Positions 1-12,270 of a stretch of DNA of 64,000 nucleotides are shown piece by piece (the stretch's first letter is position 1; the number at the start of each line of letters is the position of its first letter). The stretch spans positions 1,922,001 through 1,986,000 of the forward strand of contig OX597842.1 of the NCBI GenBank assembly GCA_951406725.2, read 5' to 3'. This DNA is from Octopus vulgaris. Its lineage: Eukaryota. The translations under genes and the position numbers were made by a program. A model generated the notes under the pieces. That model made no database searches. It worked only from the letters and a program-made list of their open reading frames with translations, and was not told the origin of the DNA.

Positions 1-469
1 CTGCCAGATCTTTACATTATTTATCTATCAGAATTCAAAAAGAAAATAAAAGAACCCCACAAAATATATATTTTTATCCATTCCTCTTTCCATTTTTCTC
101 TCTGCCTGTCCCTTTGAGAATCATAGGGCAAGGACCTCTCAGACATGCCCTCCAGAGGGTTGTTTGACATCAACCATAAGCAAAGGTTTTGGTTGCAGTC
201 CCAAGTGGAACTGTCTGCGAGTGATAACATTATTTGACATTATCATGCCATTCAATGTCTGGATCAGAAGAATGAGGGAAAGGGAGGGTGGGAGTATCAT
301 TTGGTCATGGTAGGACAGAGTCCTTTTCTGATTGCAGGCAGCAGAGCAAAGCTCAGCTGAAGACACTGATATGTTGTCAGATGGTTGGTTGGTTAGTGTT
401 AAACAACATGACTGGCTAAGTCTACCATTGAAGTGGTATTGTTTCATCTAAATGTACCACACCAACCAA

Positions 470-950
470 AAGAAACTGAATACATACAGTTTTTGTTTGA
501 ATTTTGGCAGATTTTCTTCCTTCTTTTTCTTCATCTTTCTTCTCCTTTTCCTTCTTCTTATCCTCTTTTTCTTCACCCTCTCATTTTTCTCTTTTTTTCT
601 TCAAACCCTTTACTTTTTCTCTTCCATTTCTTTCTCCTTTGATCTCCAGCCCTTCCTTTTGCTCTTCTTCCCCTCCCTTTTGCTTTTCTCTTCTTCCCCT
701 TTCCCACCTCTTCTCTTCCTTGTCCTCTTCCATCTCGCCCTTCCCTTCTCCTCCTCCTCCCCTTCAGTCTCCTCTTTCTTCCTCTTCCTTTCTATCATCT
801 TGTTCTCCTCCCCTTCTCTTTCTCCTCCTCTTCTCTTTCTCCTCACCTCCTCCTCTTTCGCACCTCCTCCTCTTTCGCACCTCCTCCTTATCTTCATTCT
901 ATCCTTTCTCCTCTATCTTCTATTCCTCCCTTTCTCTCCCCACCCCTTCT
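470..950. repeat. Polypyrimidine (CT/CTT/CCT) low-complexity tract
   Basis: Almost only C/T on the + strand; produces spurious Phe/Leu/Ser ORFs. Confidence 0.9.
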
Positions 951-1342
951 TGAAATTGGTATCTGGACACACTAAATACAGCTTCTGTTACCTAGCAGTC
1001 ATATCTACCAACTCCCTATTTCCTCTACCTCAAGTATCATTGGTCAACCACAATTCCCTACCTCTGCTCTTTCACCCTTCACTCAATCCCCATCTCTCTT
1101 GCCCCTCCTCGCCACGTACACACAACCCACTCACAATTTTGTCCCCCTCTCATTTCTGCTCTGTCACATCATCAATATTTTCATCATTTTCCTGCTCTTC
1201 CATATCATCTTCACTCCCTCATCTGAAATGCAAGTAGTTATGCAGCCCTTTTTCTGCAAGAAACTAGTTCTGTTTTGGCCCTTTCTTGCATGCTTTTTAA
1301 CCCCTTACCTGGCAAAGATCCAATTTGTCATTTTCATAGTTT

Positions 1343-2240
1343 AATCATCGTTTAACGTCCGCTTTCCATGCTAGCATGGGTTGAACGGTTCAACTGGGGT
1401 CTGGGAAGCCCGAAGGCTGCACCAGGCCAGTCAGATCTGGCAGTGTTTCTACAGCTGGATGCCCTTCCTAACGCCAACCACTCCGTGAGTGTAGTGGGTG
1501 CTTTTTATGTGCCACCGACACAGGTGCCAGACGAGGCTGGCAAACGGCCATGCTCGGATGATGTTTTTTTTCATGTGCCACGGACACAGGTGCCAGACGA
1601 GGCTGGCGAACGGCCACGCTCGGATGGTGTTTTTTATGTGCCACCGACACAGGTGCCAGACGAGGCTGGCGAACGGCCACGCTCGGATGGTGTTTTTTAT
1701 GTGCCACCAACACAGGTGCCAGACAAGGCTGGCAAACGGCCACGCTCGGATGGTGTTTTTTATGTGCCACCGACACAGGTGCCAGACGAGGCTGGCGAAC
1801 GGCCACGCTCGGATGGTGTTTTTTATGTGCCACCGACACAGGTGCCAGACAAGGCTGGCGAACGGCCACGCTCGGATGGTGTTTTTTATGTGCCACCGAC
1901 ACAGGTGCCAGACAAGGCTGGCAAACGGCCACGCTCGGATGGTGTTTTTTATGTGCCACGGACACAGGTGCCAGACGAGGCTGGCGAACGGCCACGCTCG
2001 GATGGTGTTTTTTATGTGCCACGGACACAGGTGCCAGATGAGGCTGGCGAACGGCCACGCTCGGATGGTGTTTTTTATGTGCCACGGACACAGGTGCCAG
2101 ACGAGGCTGGCGAACGGCGACGCTCGGATGGTGTTTTTTATGTGCCACGGACACAGGTGCCAGATGAGGCTGGCGAACGGCCACGCTCGGATGGTGTTTT
2201 TTTTCATGTGCCACGGACACAGGTGCCAGATGAGGCTGGT
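1343..2240 (-). mobile_element. (GAT)n-tailed SINE-like element with an internal 63-bp minisatellite (~12 units)
   Basis: Starts atcatcgtttaacgtccgctttccatgctagcatgggttg..., shared with many copies in the window; unit ttttttatgtgccaccgacacaggtgccagacgaggctggcgaacggccacgctcggatggtg repeats from ~1500 to 2238. Confidence 0.85.
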
Positions 2241-2299
2241 CCAAAACAATTTCAAAAACTGCCATAGAGAAGTTTATACATCAGTTCTTGGCATTTCTC

Positions 2300-2740
2300 A
2301 GTTTTTATCTGTTTTTTTTTATGAATTATGCTCAGATGTTGCACTCAGAAGGTGTCAATGAGTACAAACCTTCTATTAGAAGCTTGGATACATCAGATGA
2401 GAGAGCAAAATGGTATCTTCAAAATAAAATTTCAAGTAAAATATTGGAAATAGATAAAAACAAAAGATATTTTGGGATGAAGTAAGTGGAGTAAGAACAC
2501 ACATGAAAATGACGAGTGTTACTGAAGAGGTCACAGATGTGTGACAAAAGATTTCTGGACAATGGACATGAGTTAAAATAATGAAATAAGAACGGCAATA
2601 AACAAGTGAAGTAAAAATGTATACTGTGTGTGTTTATTTGGCCAAAACAAAAAAAAAAAAAAATCAAGATCAAATACGATATCTGTTTCAACACACAATT
2701 TCACATCTGGGATCTTGCACAACGAATTGTTAAAAGTTAT
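2300..2740 (+). mobile_element. Decayed 3' end of a Penelope-like element related to the 38-43 kb element
   Basis: 2520-2735 aligns by eye with the PLE 3' region (ggtcaca..tgtgac hairpin; atatctgtttcaacacac..ttcacat..atcttgcacaac); CSDVALRR and VNEYKPSI remnants resemble the EN C-terminus [14 protein letters not shown]. Confidence 0.65.
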
Positions 2741-2746
2741 TTCCAG

Positions 2747-3387
2747 AGGAGTGGCTGTGTGGTAAGTAGCTTGCTTATGAACCACATGGTTCCGGGTTCA
2801 GTCCCACTGAGTGGCACCTTGGGCAAGTGTCTTCTGCTATAGCCTTGGGCTGACCAAAGCCTTGTGAGCGGGTTTGGTAGACGGAAACTGAAAAAGCCCA
2901 TCGGATATATGTATATATATGTGTGTGTGTGTGTTTGTGTGTATATGTTTGTGTCTGTTTGTTCCGCCAACATCCCTTGACAACCAATACTGGTGTGTTT
3001 ACATCCCTGTAACTTAGCGGTTCGGCAAAACAGGGTGATAGAATAACTACTAGGCTTACAAAGAATAAGTCCTGGGGTTAATTTGCTCAACAAAAGGTGG
3101 TGCTCCAGCATGGCCACAGTCAAATGACAGAAACAAGTAAAAGAGTAAAAGAGACTGATAGAATAACTACTAGGCTTACAAAGAATAAGTCCTGGGGTTA
3201 ATTTGCTCAACTAAAGGTGGTGCTCCAGCATGGCCACAGTCAAATGACAGAAACAAGTAAAAGAGTAAAAGAGACCGATAGAATAACTACTAGGCTTACA
3301 AAGAATAAGTCCTGGGGTTAATTTGCTCAACTAAAGGTGGTGCTCCAGCATGGCCACAGTCAAATGACAGAAACAAGTAAAAGAGTA
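2747..3387 (+). mobile_element. tRNA-derived SINE family A with 120-bp 3' end triplicated
   Basis: A-box-like tggctgtgtgg, B-box-like ggttcagtccc, internal (TA/TG)n, 3' tail gtaaaagag; 3' segment repeated at ~3038, 3158, 3278. Confidence 0.85.
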
Positions 3388-3649
3388 ATCAGCATTAAAA
3401 ATACTATTAAAAAAAGCAATTAAAAAGTTGTCTGAAAATGAAACATTTTCTCAAAAAAAAAAGTCTCTGAGGAAGGGGTTAAACTCTGTGTCTCATAGGG
3501 TAAAGCCACTTCCATGGGGTTCACAGTCATGCTAGCTGCATGGTGACCTCACCCAGGGCACAGTGTAAAGTGGTTGATATTTGAAGGGCATCCAGCCATA
3601 GAAACAATGCTACAACATATGTTGGAGTATGATACAGACCTTGGACATA

Positions 3650-4179
3650 TATATATATATATATATGTTAATAAATATATGCATATATATATAAACATAT
3701 ATGTACGTACCTACCTCACATATATATATATATATATATATAGACACAAACCAAGGAACAAGACAGGCAAAAAAAGAGAGAGAAAAAAATATAGACACAA
3801 ACCAAGGAACAAGACAGGCAAAAAAAAGAGAGAGATACAGGACAATAAGCACAACGAAAAATCCCCTTCTTCAGTCGCTAAAGTTTCATCTACTAAACGT
3901 TTCGAAGGATAAAAGCGAGACGTATACTTCGAAGAAAAAATTCCTTCCTGCGAAAAGCAAATCAATTAAAATTCTGAGATCTTTTCGCAGAGGGGTAAAA
4001 AAAGCAAGACGGTAACGACAGTACAAACATATAAACAGTAAAAAATATGTATATAAACAGTGGAAAAATAAATATATAACAGTGAGAGACAGGACAAGGA
4101 GAACAAGATAAGAAGGGCTGTTAACGCCAGACGAAAAAAGTATTGCAAACGCTGGATTATAGTGGACGACGAGAGAGGA
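3650..4179 (-). mobile_element. Partial copy of the 835-bp partial-tandem element (see 45611-46888), cut by the gap
   Basis: Reverse complement nearly identical to ~46375-46888, apart from internal rearrangement near 3740-3830. Confidence 0.85.
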
Positions 4180-4279
4180 NNNNNNNNNNNNNNNNNNNNN
4201 NNNNNNNNNNNNNNNNNNNNNNNNNNNNNNNNNNNNNNNNNNNNNNNNNNNNNNNNNNNNNNNNNNNNNNNNNNNNNNN
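4180..4279. other. Assembly gap (100 N)
   Basis: Run of N. Confidence 1.
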
Positions 4280-5520
4280 ATGTACTCCGAGGAGTACTGT
4301 ATAAATGAAAGCTGGGATGGTCATAACTGGAACATCTTTGATCATTGGTCCACTGGACCAGGACTTACTCGGGGTTAAACGGCAACAAGTATAGCCATTA
4401 ATATTATACTATACATTCAATAACGTTGTTGTTGATACTCTCTGTGTGAATGAAAGATTGGATGGTCACAGATGGAACGTCTTTGATCATAGGAGGACTG
4501 CAGGGTCAGTAATGACCTGGGGTTAAAAAAAGATAACAACAACTATAGACTTTAATACTAACTACTATTAGGTAATGTAGTCCTAGATACACTGTGCCTG
4601 AATAAAAGGTTGGAAGGTCACAGCTGGAACATCTCTGATCACAGGTCTGCTGGATCAGGACTGACCTGGGGCTAAACAACTATAGTCACTAATACTAACT
4701 ACTATTGTATACATTAGGTAAATTTAGTCCCAGATACATCTTCAGTAAAAAGGTGTAATGGTCACGTTTGGAATGTCTGATCATAAACCTGCTGGATGAA
4801 GACAGATCTGGGGCTGAAAAAAATAAACAACTGTAGACACTTATATAAACTACCATACTATACATTAGATACTGTAGTCCTAGATACACTATGCCTGAAT
4901 AAAAGATGGGATGGTCACAACTGGAACATCTTTGATCATAGGTCTTTCAGATTAGGACTGGCCTGGGGCTAAGCAACAACAACAACAACCATAACCACTA
5001 ATACAGACTACAATACTATACATTATATAACGTAGTCCTAGATACACTATGCCTGAATAAAAGATGGGATGGTCACAACTGGAACATCTTTGATCATAGG
5101 TCTTTCAGATTAGGACTGGCCTGGGGCTAAGCAACAACAACAACAACCATAACCACTAATACAGACTACAATACTATACATTATATAACGTAGTCCTAGA
5201 TACACTATGCCTGAATAAAAGATGGGATGGTCACAGCTGGAACATCTTTGATCATAGATCTGCTGGATCAGGATGGACCTGGGGTTAAACATCAATAACA
5301 GTGATAACCAACTACTTTAGAGTACATTAGATAATGTAGTCCTAGATACACTATGTCTAAACAAGAGGTAAGACCTGTCTGATCATAGGATCTCTAAAGG
5401 ATCAGGATTGACCCGGGGCCAAAATAGCAACGACTGAAACCAATTATACGAACCACTATACTATGCCTGAATAAAAGACTGGATGGTCACAGCTGGATCC
5501 CACCTAGCCTAGGGCTAATG
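4280..5520. repeat. Tandem array, ~150-158 bp unit (~8 copies)
   Basis: tagtcc(t/c)agatac recurs at ~4578, 4725, 4875, 5033, 5191, 5337. Confidence 0.9.
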
Positions 5521-6403
5521 AACAAGCACAAACAGTGATTGAATATAGGTGTTATTTACATGAAATTACCAAAATTCGTTAACGAAGCTAATTCGAGAAG
5601 AATATTTATGGCTAATTAACATTTTAATATAAAATTTAATGCTATTCGATCTCATCAATTGTTAATATTTGATTGAGGGCTTGACCTCCCTTGTCGTATA
5701 CAGTTTCAGACACACACATTTTATACATACAGATGCATATATATATATATATACATACATACACACACATATATATATATATATATACTAGATATTCACA
5801 CATATACATGTGTTTCTGTGTGTCTATTATTTCTTGTATGTTTGTGAGTGTGTGTCTGTGTGTGTGAGTATATATATATATATGCAGATATGTATGTATG
5901 TATAAATATACAAATATACACTGGCAACAATATACACACTTGTGCATACACATAGCAGTTTATATTTAGGTGTGTGTCTGTGCATTTGTTTGCATATTTG
6001 TGCACATAGAGAGCGAGTATATATGCATATGTGTGTGTGTATTTATATGTATAATACATATGTATGTATAATATATATGTATGTATAATATATGTATGTG
6101 TGCATAATATATATATATCTATATGTATATAAGGTCTGTCTATGTGTATGTGTGTGTATGTATACACACATTCATGCATACATATAGATAGGCATTATGC
6201 AAAATGTGCATGGAAACCCTGCTTGTACTTTTCAGTATCGACCCCAAAGGCATGAAAGGCAAAGCTGACCTCAGTAGGATTTGAACTCACAAGTGCAGAC
6301 AGCCAGAACGAACTTCCCAACCTCTTACGTCCTAGATTGTAATAAGTCTGCCACAAATAAATGGATTGGTGAGTGCGTAATTTCACAAAGAAAAGTAATC
6401 AAT

Positions 6404-6613
6404 AGGTGCAGGAGTGGCTGTGTGGTAAGTAGCTTGCTTACCAACCACACAGTTCCGGGTTCAGTCCCACTGCATGGCACCTTCAGCAAGTGTCTTCTAC
6501 TATAGCCTTGGGCCAACCAAAGCCTTGTGAGTGGATTGGTAGACGGAATGCACCAGTAGTGTAATGGATACTTCTATCCCTTAGACGGTTATTTTAACCT
6601 CTAACTCAGCTAA

Positions 6614-6653
<40 letters not shown>

Positions 6654-6856
6654 TTGTGTGTCTGTGTTTGTCCCCCACCATCACTTGACAACAGATGTTG
6701 GTGTGCTTACTTCCCCATAACTTAGCGGTTCGGCGAAAGACACCGATAGAATACGTACTAGGCTTACAAAGAATAAGTCCTGAGGTCGATTTGCTTGACT
6801 AAAGGCGGTGCTCCAGCATGGCCGCAGTCAAATGACTGAAACAAGTAAAAGAGTAA
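6404..6856 (+). mobile_element. SINE family A
   Basis: Same head, internal (TG)n and 3' tail as other copies. Confidence 0.85.
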
Positions 6857-6914
6857 TATATGGAGTAGACATATGCAAACTTAAATGCATATTTGTGTAT
6901 ATATATGTATATAT

Positions 6915-7435
6915 AGGATCCCTGGTCTGGTGGTACGTAAAAAGCACTATCCGACTCGTGGCCGATGCCAGCCCCGCTTCGACTGGCTTCCGTGCCGGTG
7001 GCACGTAAAATACTCCAATCCGACCGTATGACAGGCACCCATGCCAACCCCCTTTGCTTGTGAAGACATGTTGGGGCAAGCGAAATCGAATTGAACCAGC
7101 CAGGATCCCTGGTCTGGTGGTACGTAAAAAGCACTATCCGACTCGTGGCCGATGCCAGCACCGCCTCGACTGGCTTCCGTGCCGGTGGCATGTAAAATAC
7201 ACCAATCCGACCGTGGCCATTGCCAGCCTCACCTGGCACCTGTGCAGGTGGCACGTAAAAGCACCCACTACACTCACGGAGTGGTTGGCGTTAGGAAGGG
7301 CATCCAGCTGTAGAAACATTGCCAGATTAGACTGGAGCCTGGTGCAGCCTTCTGGCTTCCCAGATCCCCGGTCGAACCGTCCAACCCATGCTAGCATGGA
7401 GAACGGACGTTAAACGATGATGAAGATGATGATGA
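6915..7435 (+). mobile_element. (GAT)n-tailed SINE-like element with internal duplication
   Basis: Ends ...ccaacccatgctagcatggagaacggacgttaaacgatgatg; block ggatccctggtctg.. duplicated at 6916 and 7103. Confidence 0.8.
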
Positions 7436-7597
7436 TATATATATATACATATACATACACACACACACATCTATATATATACATATATATACCTCATATG
7501 TTCTTAAAATTTACATCTACATCTTTGTCTGTATATCTACCTTCTCTATAATGTTGCCACTTGATTTGAAAGCTTATGTATTAATGGAAAACCTCTA

Positions 7598-7690
7598 TAA
7601 TTGACTGATGAGTACTCAGCATTTTAAATCTGTTGTAATATTTACAACATTTAAATAAATGACGTAGTACGAAACGATCGTACCAAATTA
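7598..7690 (+). ncRNA. Type I hammerhead ribozyme, canonical core, extended stem II
   Basis: taattga-CTGATGA-gtact[...]agtac-GAAAC-gatc-GTA-ccaaatta; stem II gtact/agtac capped by an AT-rich hairpin; palindromic stem III acgatcgt; imperfect stem I. Confidence 0.8.
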
Positions 7691-7716
7691 CCGGAGTCAT
7701 TCTTGTTGCTTATTTT

Positions 7717-7755
<39 letters not shown>

Positions 7756-7769
7756 CACACACACACATA

Positions 7770-7812
<43 letters not shown>

Positions 7813-8094
7813 TACACCGTGCATTTGAAGACCCATTGAGCCAAGTGAGACTGTAGTCATGGCCGATGCCAGTGCCGTCTGATTGGCATCTCTGCCAGTG
7901 GCACATAAAAAACACCCACTACATTCTCGGAGTGGTTGGCATCAGGAAGGGCATTCAGCCATAAAAAACCCTTGCCAAATTAGATCAGGACCTGGTGTAG
8001 CTCCCCAGCTTATCAGTTTTCAGTCAAACTGTCCAACCAATGCCAGCATGGAAAACAGACAAATGATGATGACGATGACAAAGATGATGTGTAC

Positions 8095-8149
<55 letters not shown>

Positions 8150-8157
<8 letters not shown>

Positions 8158-8560
8158 AATCCGTTCTGTCTGTCTGTGTGTGTGTCTTCTAGGATCTCGG
8201 GCATCCTCCATCCGATTGCGCTCAAATTTTATATGTAGATACTGACTGTATCAGGGCGTGTATAGGTCTTGAAAAAATTACAAAAATCGATTCCAGGTGA
8301 GAATGCAATCGATAAAGCCATTCTCCCAGTCAACAGCCTTATCATTACTGGTACTTTAAACTCTTCGGTTGCATATTTGCGTGAATAAAATCGCTTTTCT
8401 TTGGAATAGAAAAAAAGTCTATCTTTATTTCTTCTTTTGCTGGTGTCTCAAATCAGTGTTTCTCAAAGGGGAGGCCTATGGGACGGTCGGACAAGTTGTT
8501 TTGAGAAAATTTGGTTTAGATGTTTGACAACACAGAACCATCCATTGGACGGAGGATGTT
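8150..8560 (+). mobile_element. Helitron/Helentron-like non-autonomous 5' fragment
   Basis: tataaaat + (ctgt)n microsatellite + ccgattgcgctcaaatttt start typical of such elements; 3' hairpin-CTAG not seen. Confidence 0.45.
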
Positions 8561-8769
8561 TTGCTCATATATATATAAACAAGGATACGATATAAATTTA
8601 TATATTTATTTCACCATTATATTCACTGAGGTGGTATTCTGACCATATCACACGAGGAGTTTTAGGCAAGCAATTTAAACTGGTCATGTGCATACGTGCT
8701 TATATATGTATGTATACATTTGTAAATATAAGTATATCATATGTTGTATATATATATATATATTTGTAA

Positions 8770-9240
8770 AAACAAAGGGTAAAATTAATTAATTAAGAAG
8801 TAATCAATAATTTCACCAAGTAGAATTCGGCATGAAAAAGGACCATTTCACGGTAAACTTAAGTAATACTTTATAATTAGGGTTCAGCAAAGATTTGCTT
8901 TACCACATACCGAAGTTTAGAAATAACAGCCAAAAAACCTTATTCCACTGATGAAGGCAGAGCATTTCTTATGCAAAGCTAGAAATTCAGGATCTGGAAT
9001 TATCCAGTAATTCTTTGCTAGTTTATTTTGTCTCTTTGTCTTCTCTCCTGGTGCAGTATGAACATTTAATGTGGTTTTAGAGTCAAGTTTTCACTGCTAT
9101 TTCTAGCATGGGGGTATTTGAGGGGTGCAGATTCAAGTTATGTGGCAGTCTGCTAGCAAATTTTTTTCTGTCTTACAAAGTTAAAATACCCAATCTTTCT
9201 GGTGTTCAAAATTTTCTTTCTTGTCTATTAAATACCCCCC
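8770..9240. mobile_element. Head-to-head pair of short PLE-type 3'-end fragments between (TA)n tracts
   Basis: 8770-8940 is the reverse complement of 56520-56693 and related to 20360-20540; 8942-9240 runs the opposite way and begins with an HHR. Confidence 0.6.
8942..9000 (+). ncRNA. Type I hammerhead ribozyme motif
   Basis: attcca-CTGATGA-aggc agagcat ttctt atgc aaa gcta-GAAA-ttcagg-ATC-tggaat; stem I attcca/tggaat is a perfect 6 bp; weak base of stem II. Confidence 0.75.
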
Positions 9241-9288
<48 letters not shown>

Positions 9289-9289
9289 C

Positions 9290-9850
9290 AGGCATGGCTG
9301 TGTGGTAAGAAGCTTGCTTCCAAACCACATGGTACTGGATTCAGTCCCACTGCGTGGCAACTTGGGCAAGTGTCTTCTACTATAGCCTCGGGCCAACCAA
9401 AGCCTTGTGAGTGGATTTGGTAGACGGAAACTGAAAGAAGCCCGTCGTATATATATGTATATATATATATGTATATGTTTGTCACCCCAACATGGTGGTG
9501 CATTTACGTCCCCGTAACTTAGCAGTTCGGCAAAAGAAACCGATAAAATAAGTACTAGGCTTACAAAGAATAAGTCGTGGGGTCGATTTGCTCAACTGAA
9601 GGTGGTGCTCCAGCATGGCCACAGTCAAATGACTGAAACAAGTAAAGGAGTATCATGTGTGTGTGCTTGTCTCCTCCCATCATTTGACAACTGGTGTTGG
9701 TGTGTTTACATCCCCAGAACTTAGCAGTTACACAAAAGAGACTGACAGAATAAGCACCATGCTTCAAACAAAGAAAATAGTCCTGGGGTCAATTTCTTCA
9801 ACGCCATGCCCCAGCATGGCCACAATCTAATGACTGAAACAACTAAATGA
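9290..9850 (+). mobile_element. SINE family A with a second diverged 3' half
   Basis: Shared head and tail motifs. Confidence 0.8.
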
Positions 9851-10015
9851 TAGAAGATGGTCTTTTTAGACAAGTTTCATGGAGTACCAGAAAGTACATC
9901 ATAGAGTAACAGAGTACCTTGTACCCTGGTACATAACTTGAAACCCATGCTGTACAACCAAACCACATCCGATGTGTGAAAACACTGGTCCCTTAGGATT
10001 AAGCAAAGGACCTAC

Positions 10016-10131
10016 CTTACATGCCTTCTTGAAGCCAACATCATAATATCCAGGACCTGGGGCCGTGAAGAACACTTCGGTGTTGAAGAGACTCTTGCGA
10101 GCTGCCAGGGACATAAATGGTGCATAATTTT
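10016..10131 (-). CDS. STPG2: Internal coding exon of a sperm-tail PG-rich repeat (SHIPPO-1) protein, STPG2-like
   Basis: Acceptor ttcttttcag, donor AAG|gtaggt, 116 bp; (E)NYAPFMSLAARKSLFNTEVFFTAPGPGYYDVGFKKACK resembles the recalled STPG2 N-terminal APFLSL.AR...PGPGHY segment; other exons not found. Confidence 0.75.
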
Positions 10132-10466
10132 CTGAAAAGAAACCAGGAATCAGGATTAGAATATATATCTGCAAGAGATGGATTCCAATGTTAGATATAG
10201 CTGTTTCATGCACATACATCTGCACAAACACACAAAGCATTTATTATAATAATACTCTAGTGTATTTCTTTGTCACAACATATGAATGAGGAAGGAAGGG
10301 GTGATAGATGAATAAGGAAGGAAAGGGTGATGGCAATTCTACAGTTAGTAAAAATAATTCAAATAGTATTTCAACTGTGGGTGAGTATATATGTGTATGT
10401 GTAAAAGGGAGTCACCAATTCAACATTTTTTTTTTCAATGAAATAGTTTTTAACAATCAATGGTGA

Positions 10467-10517
<51 letters not shown>

Positions 10518-10524
10518 ATCATAT

Positions 10525-10768
10525 CAAAGGGAAATGAAATTTAATTAAATTTAAAATATTCAATCAAAATTTACATTTCCAGTGGTCTAACATGCAAAAA
10601 AAATTAGTCAAGAAGACTATATATTAGTCATACGATATAGTGTATATTTATACACTTAAGGAATCCACACTTAGAGTGAAAATTCAACACATTAGAGAAC
10701 CACAACAATAACAGATAAGATTTTCACTCTAAGTGTGGATTCCTTATGTGTATAAATATACACTATCG

Positions 10769-10772
<4 letters not shown>
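10525..10772. repeat. Short element with ~52-bp-arm fold-back between (TA)n tracts
   Basis: 10631-10683 and 10720-10770 are reverse complements. Confidence 0.85.
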
Positions 10773-10806
<34 letters not shown>

Positions 10807-10838
10807 TTTATTTAAAAGCAGCAGAAATTCAACAAAAT

Positions 10839-10876
10839 CTGTTACTCGGAGTTTCATGTTCCTGTTCGTCGGACAG
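10839..10876 (-). ncRNA. Minimal type I hammerhead motif (U4C variant)
   Basis: Minus strand: ctgt-CCGACGA-acaggaacat-GAAA-ctccgagTA-acag; the adjacent fold-back copy reads ctgt-CTGACGA. Confidence 0.65.
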
Positions 10877-11319
10877 TTTTTGTTAACAAAAACTGTCTGA
10901 CGAATATATTACTCTACCTCTGGTTTTTGAGTACTCTTTTTCCCACCTTGTTTCACATTTATGTGTTTACTCCAGTATATATATATAAAGACCTGTTGAG
11001 GCAAGAGAAATCATTGTCGTGGCTGATGACAGTACCACCTGATTGGCACCCATGCAAGTGGAACATTGAAAGCACCATTCGAGTGGGGTTGTTGCCAGCA
11101 TCGCGTAACTAGCTCCTGTGTTGGTGGCACATAAAAAACACCATTCAAGCATGGGCACCGCCAGTGCCGCCTCACTGGCTCCTGTGCAGGTGGCATGTAA
11201 AAAGCACCTTTTGAGCGTAGTCATTGCCAGTGCTGCTTGACTGGCTCCTGTGCCTGTGGCACTTAAAGAACACCATTCGTGTTTATGTTATAATTTATTT
11301 AACGTAACAGGTACTCTTT

Positions 11320-11518
11320 ACACTTTTCCTTGTTTCAGTCATTTGACTGTGGCCACGCTGGAGCACCACCTTTTTAGTCAATCAAATCGACCCCAGGACT
11401 TATTCTTTGTAAGCCTAGTATTTATTCTATCGTCTCTTTTGCCGAACCGCTAAGTTACGGGGACGTAAACACACCACCATCGGTTGTCAAGCGATGTTGG
11501 GGGTACAAACACAAACAT

Positions 11519-11573
<55 letters not shown>

Positions 11574-11722
11574 TACGACGGGCTTCTTTCAGTTTCCGCC
11601 TACCAAATCCACTCACAAGCCTTTAGTCAGCCCAAGGCTATAGTAAAAGACACTTGCTCAAGGTGCCATGCAGGACTGAAACCAGAACCATGTGGCTGAG
11701 AAGTAAACTTCTTACCACAGTG
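11320..11722 (-). mobile_element. SINE family A
   Basis: Reverse complement of family head and tail. Confidence 0.85.
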
Positions 11723-11919
11723 ATATGTATATATATATATATATATATATACATATATATGCATATGTATATACAATGTAGATATCCATCTACACACATT
11801 CTCGTACACCCATTTACATATCTCCCTCGTACATTATATTCCTATTAATCTCAGAAGCTGATTTCAATAGATTTGTTGAATATATTAAGACATTTTCTAT
11901 GTAGATGTGTATACATAAC

Positions 11920-12232
11920 TGGTTATACATACATACATACATACATACATACATACATACATACATACATACATACATACAAACATACATACATACATAC
12001 ATATATATATATACATACATACATGTGTGTGATGTGTATTGACAAGCACACAGATATTATACATATTTATATATATACACACACATGCATATATATAAGT
12101 ATGTATGTTATATCTGTAAATGTACATTTATGTATGTATATGTCTACCTGCGTTTATGCATATTAATAAGTACTGCAGTACACTGATTATACAGAAATTA
12201 TGCAACATATAAATCTATTTACGCATTTACAA

Positions 12233-12270
<38 letters not shown>

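Noticed and set aside
452-1237. 261-aa hydrophobic ORF
   Set aside because: Translation of a CT-rich low-complexity tract
1368-2267. 299-aa repeat-protein ORF, also superficially CRISPR-like periodicity
   Set aside because: Tandem minisatellite inside a dispersed SINE-like element; no unique spacers, no cas genes, eukaryotic context
5642-5700. Possible next STPG2-like exon (GGQALNQ..)
   Set aside because: No polypyrimidine acceptor, in-frame stop after 15 codons, no PGP motif
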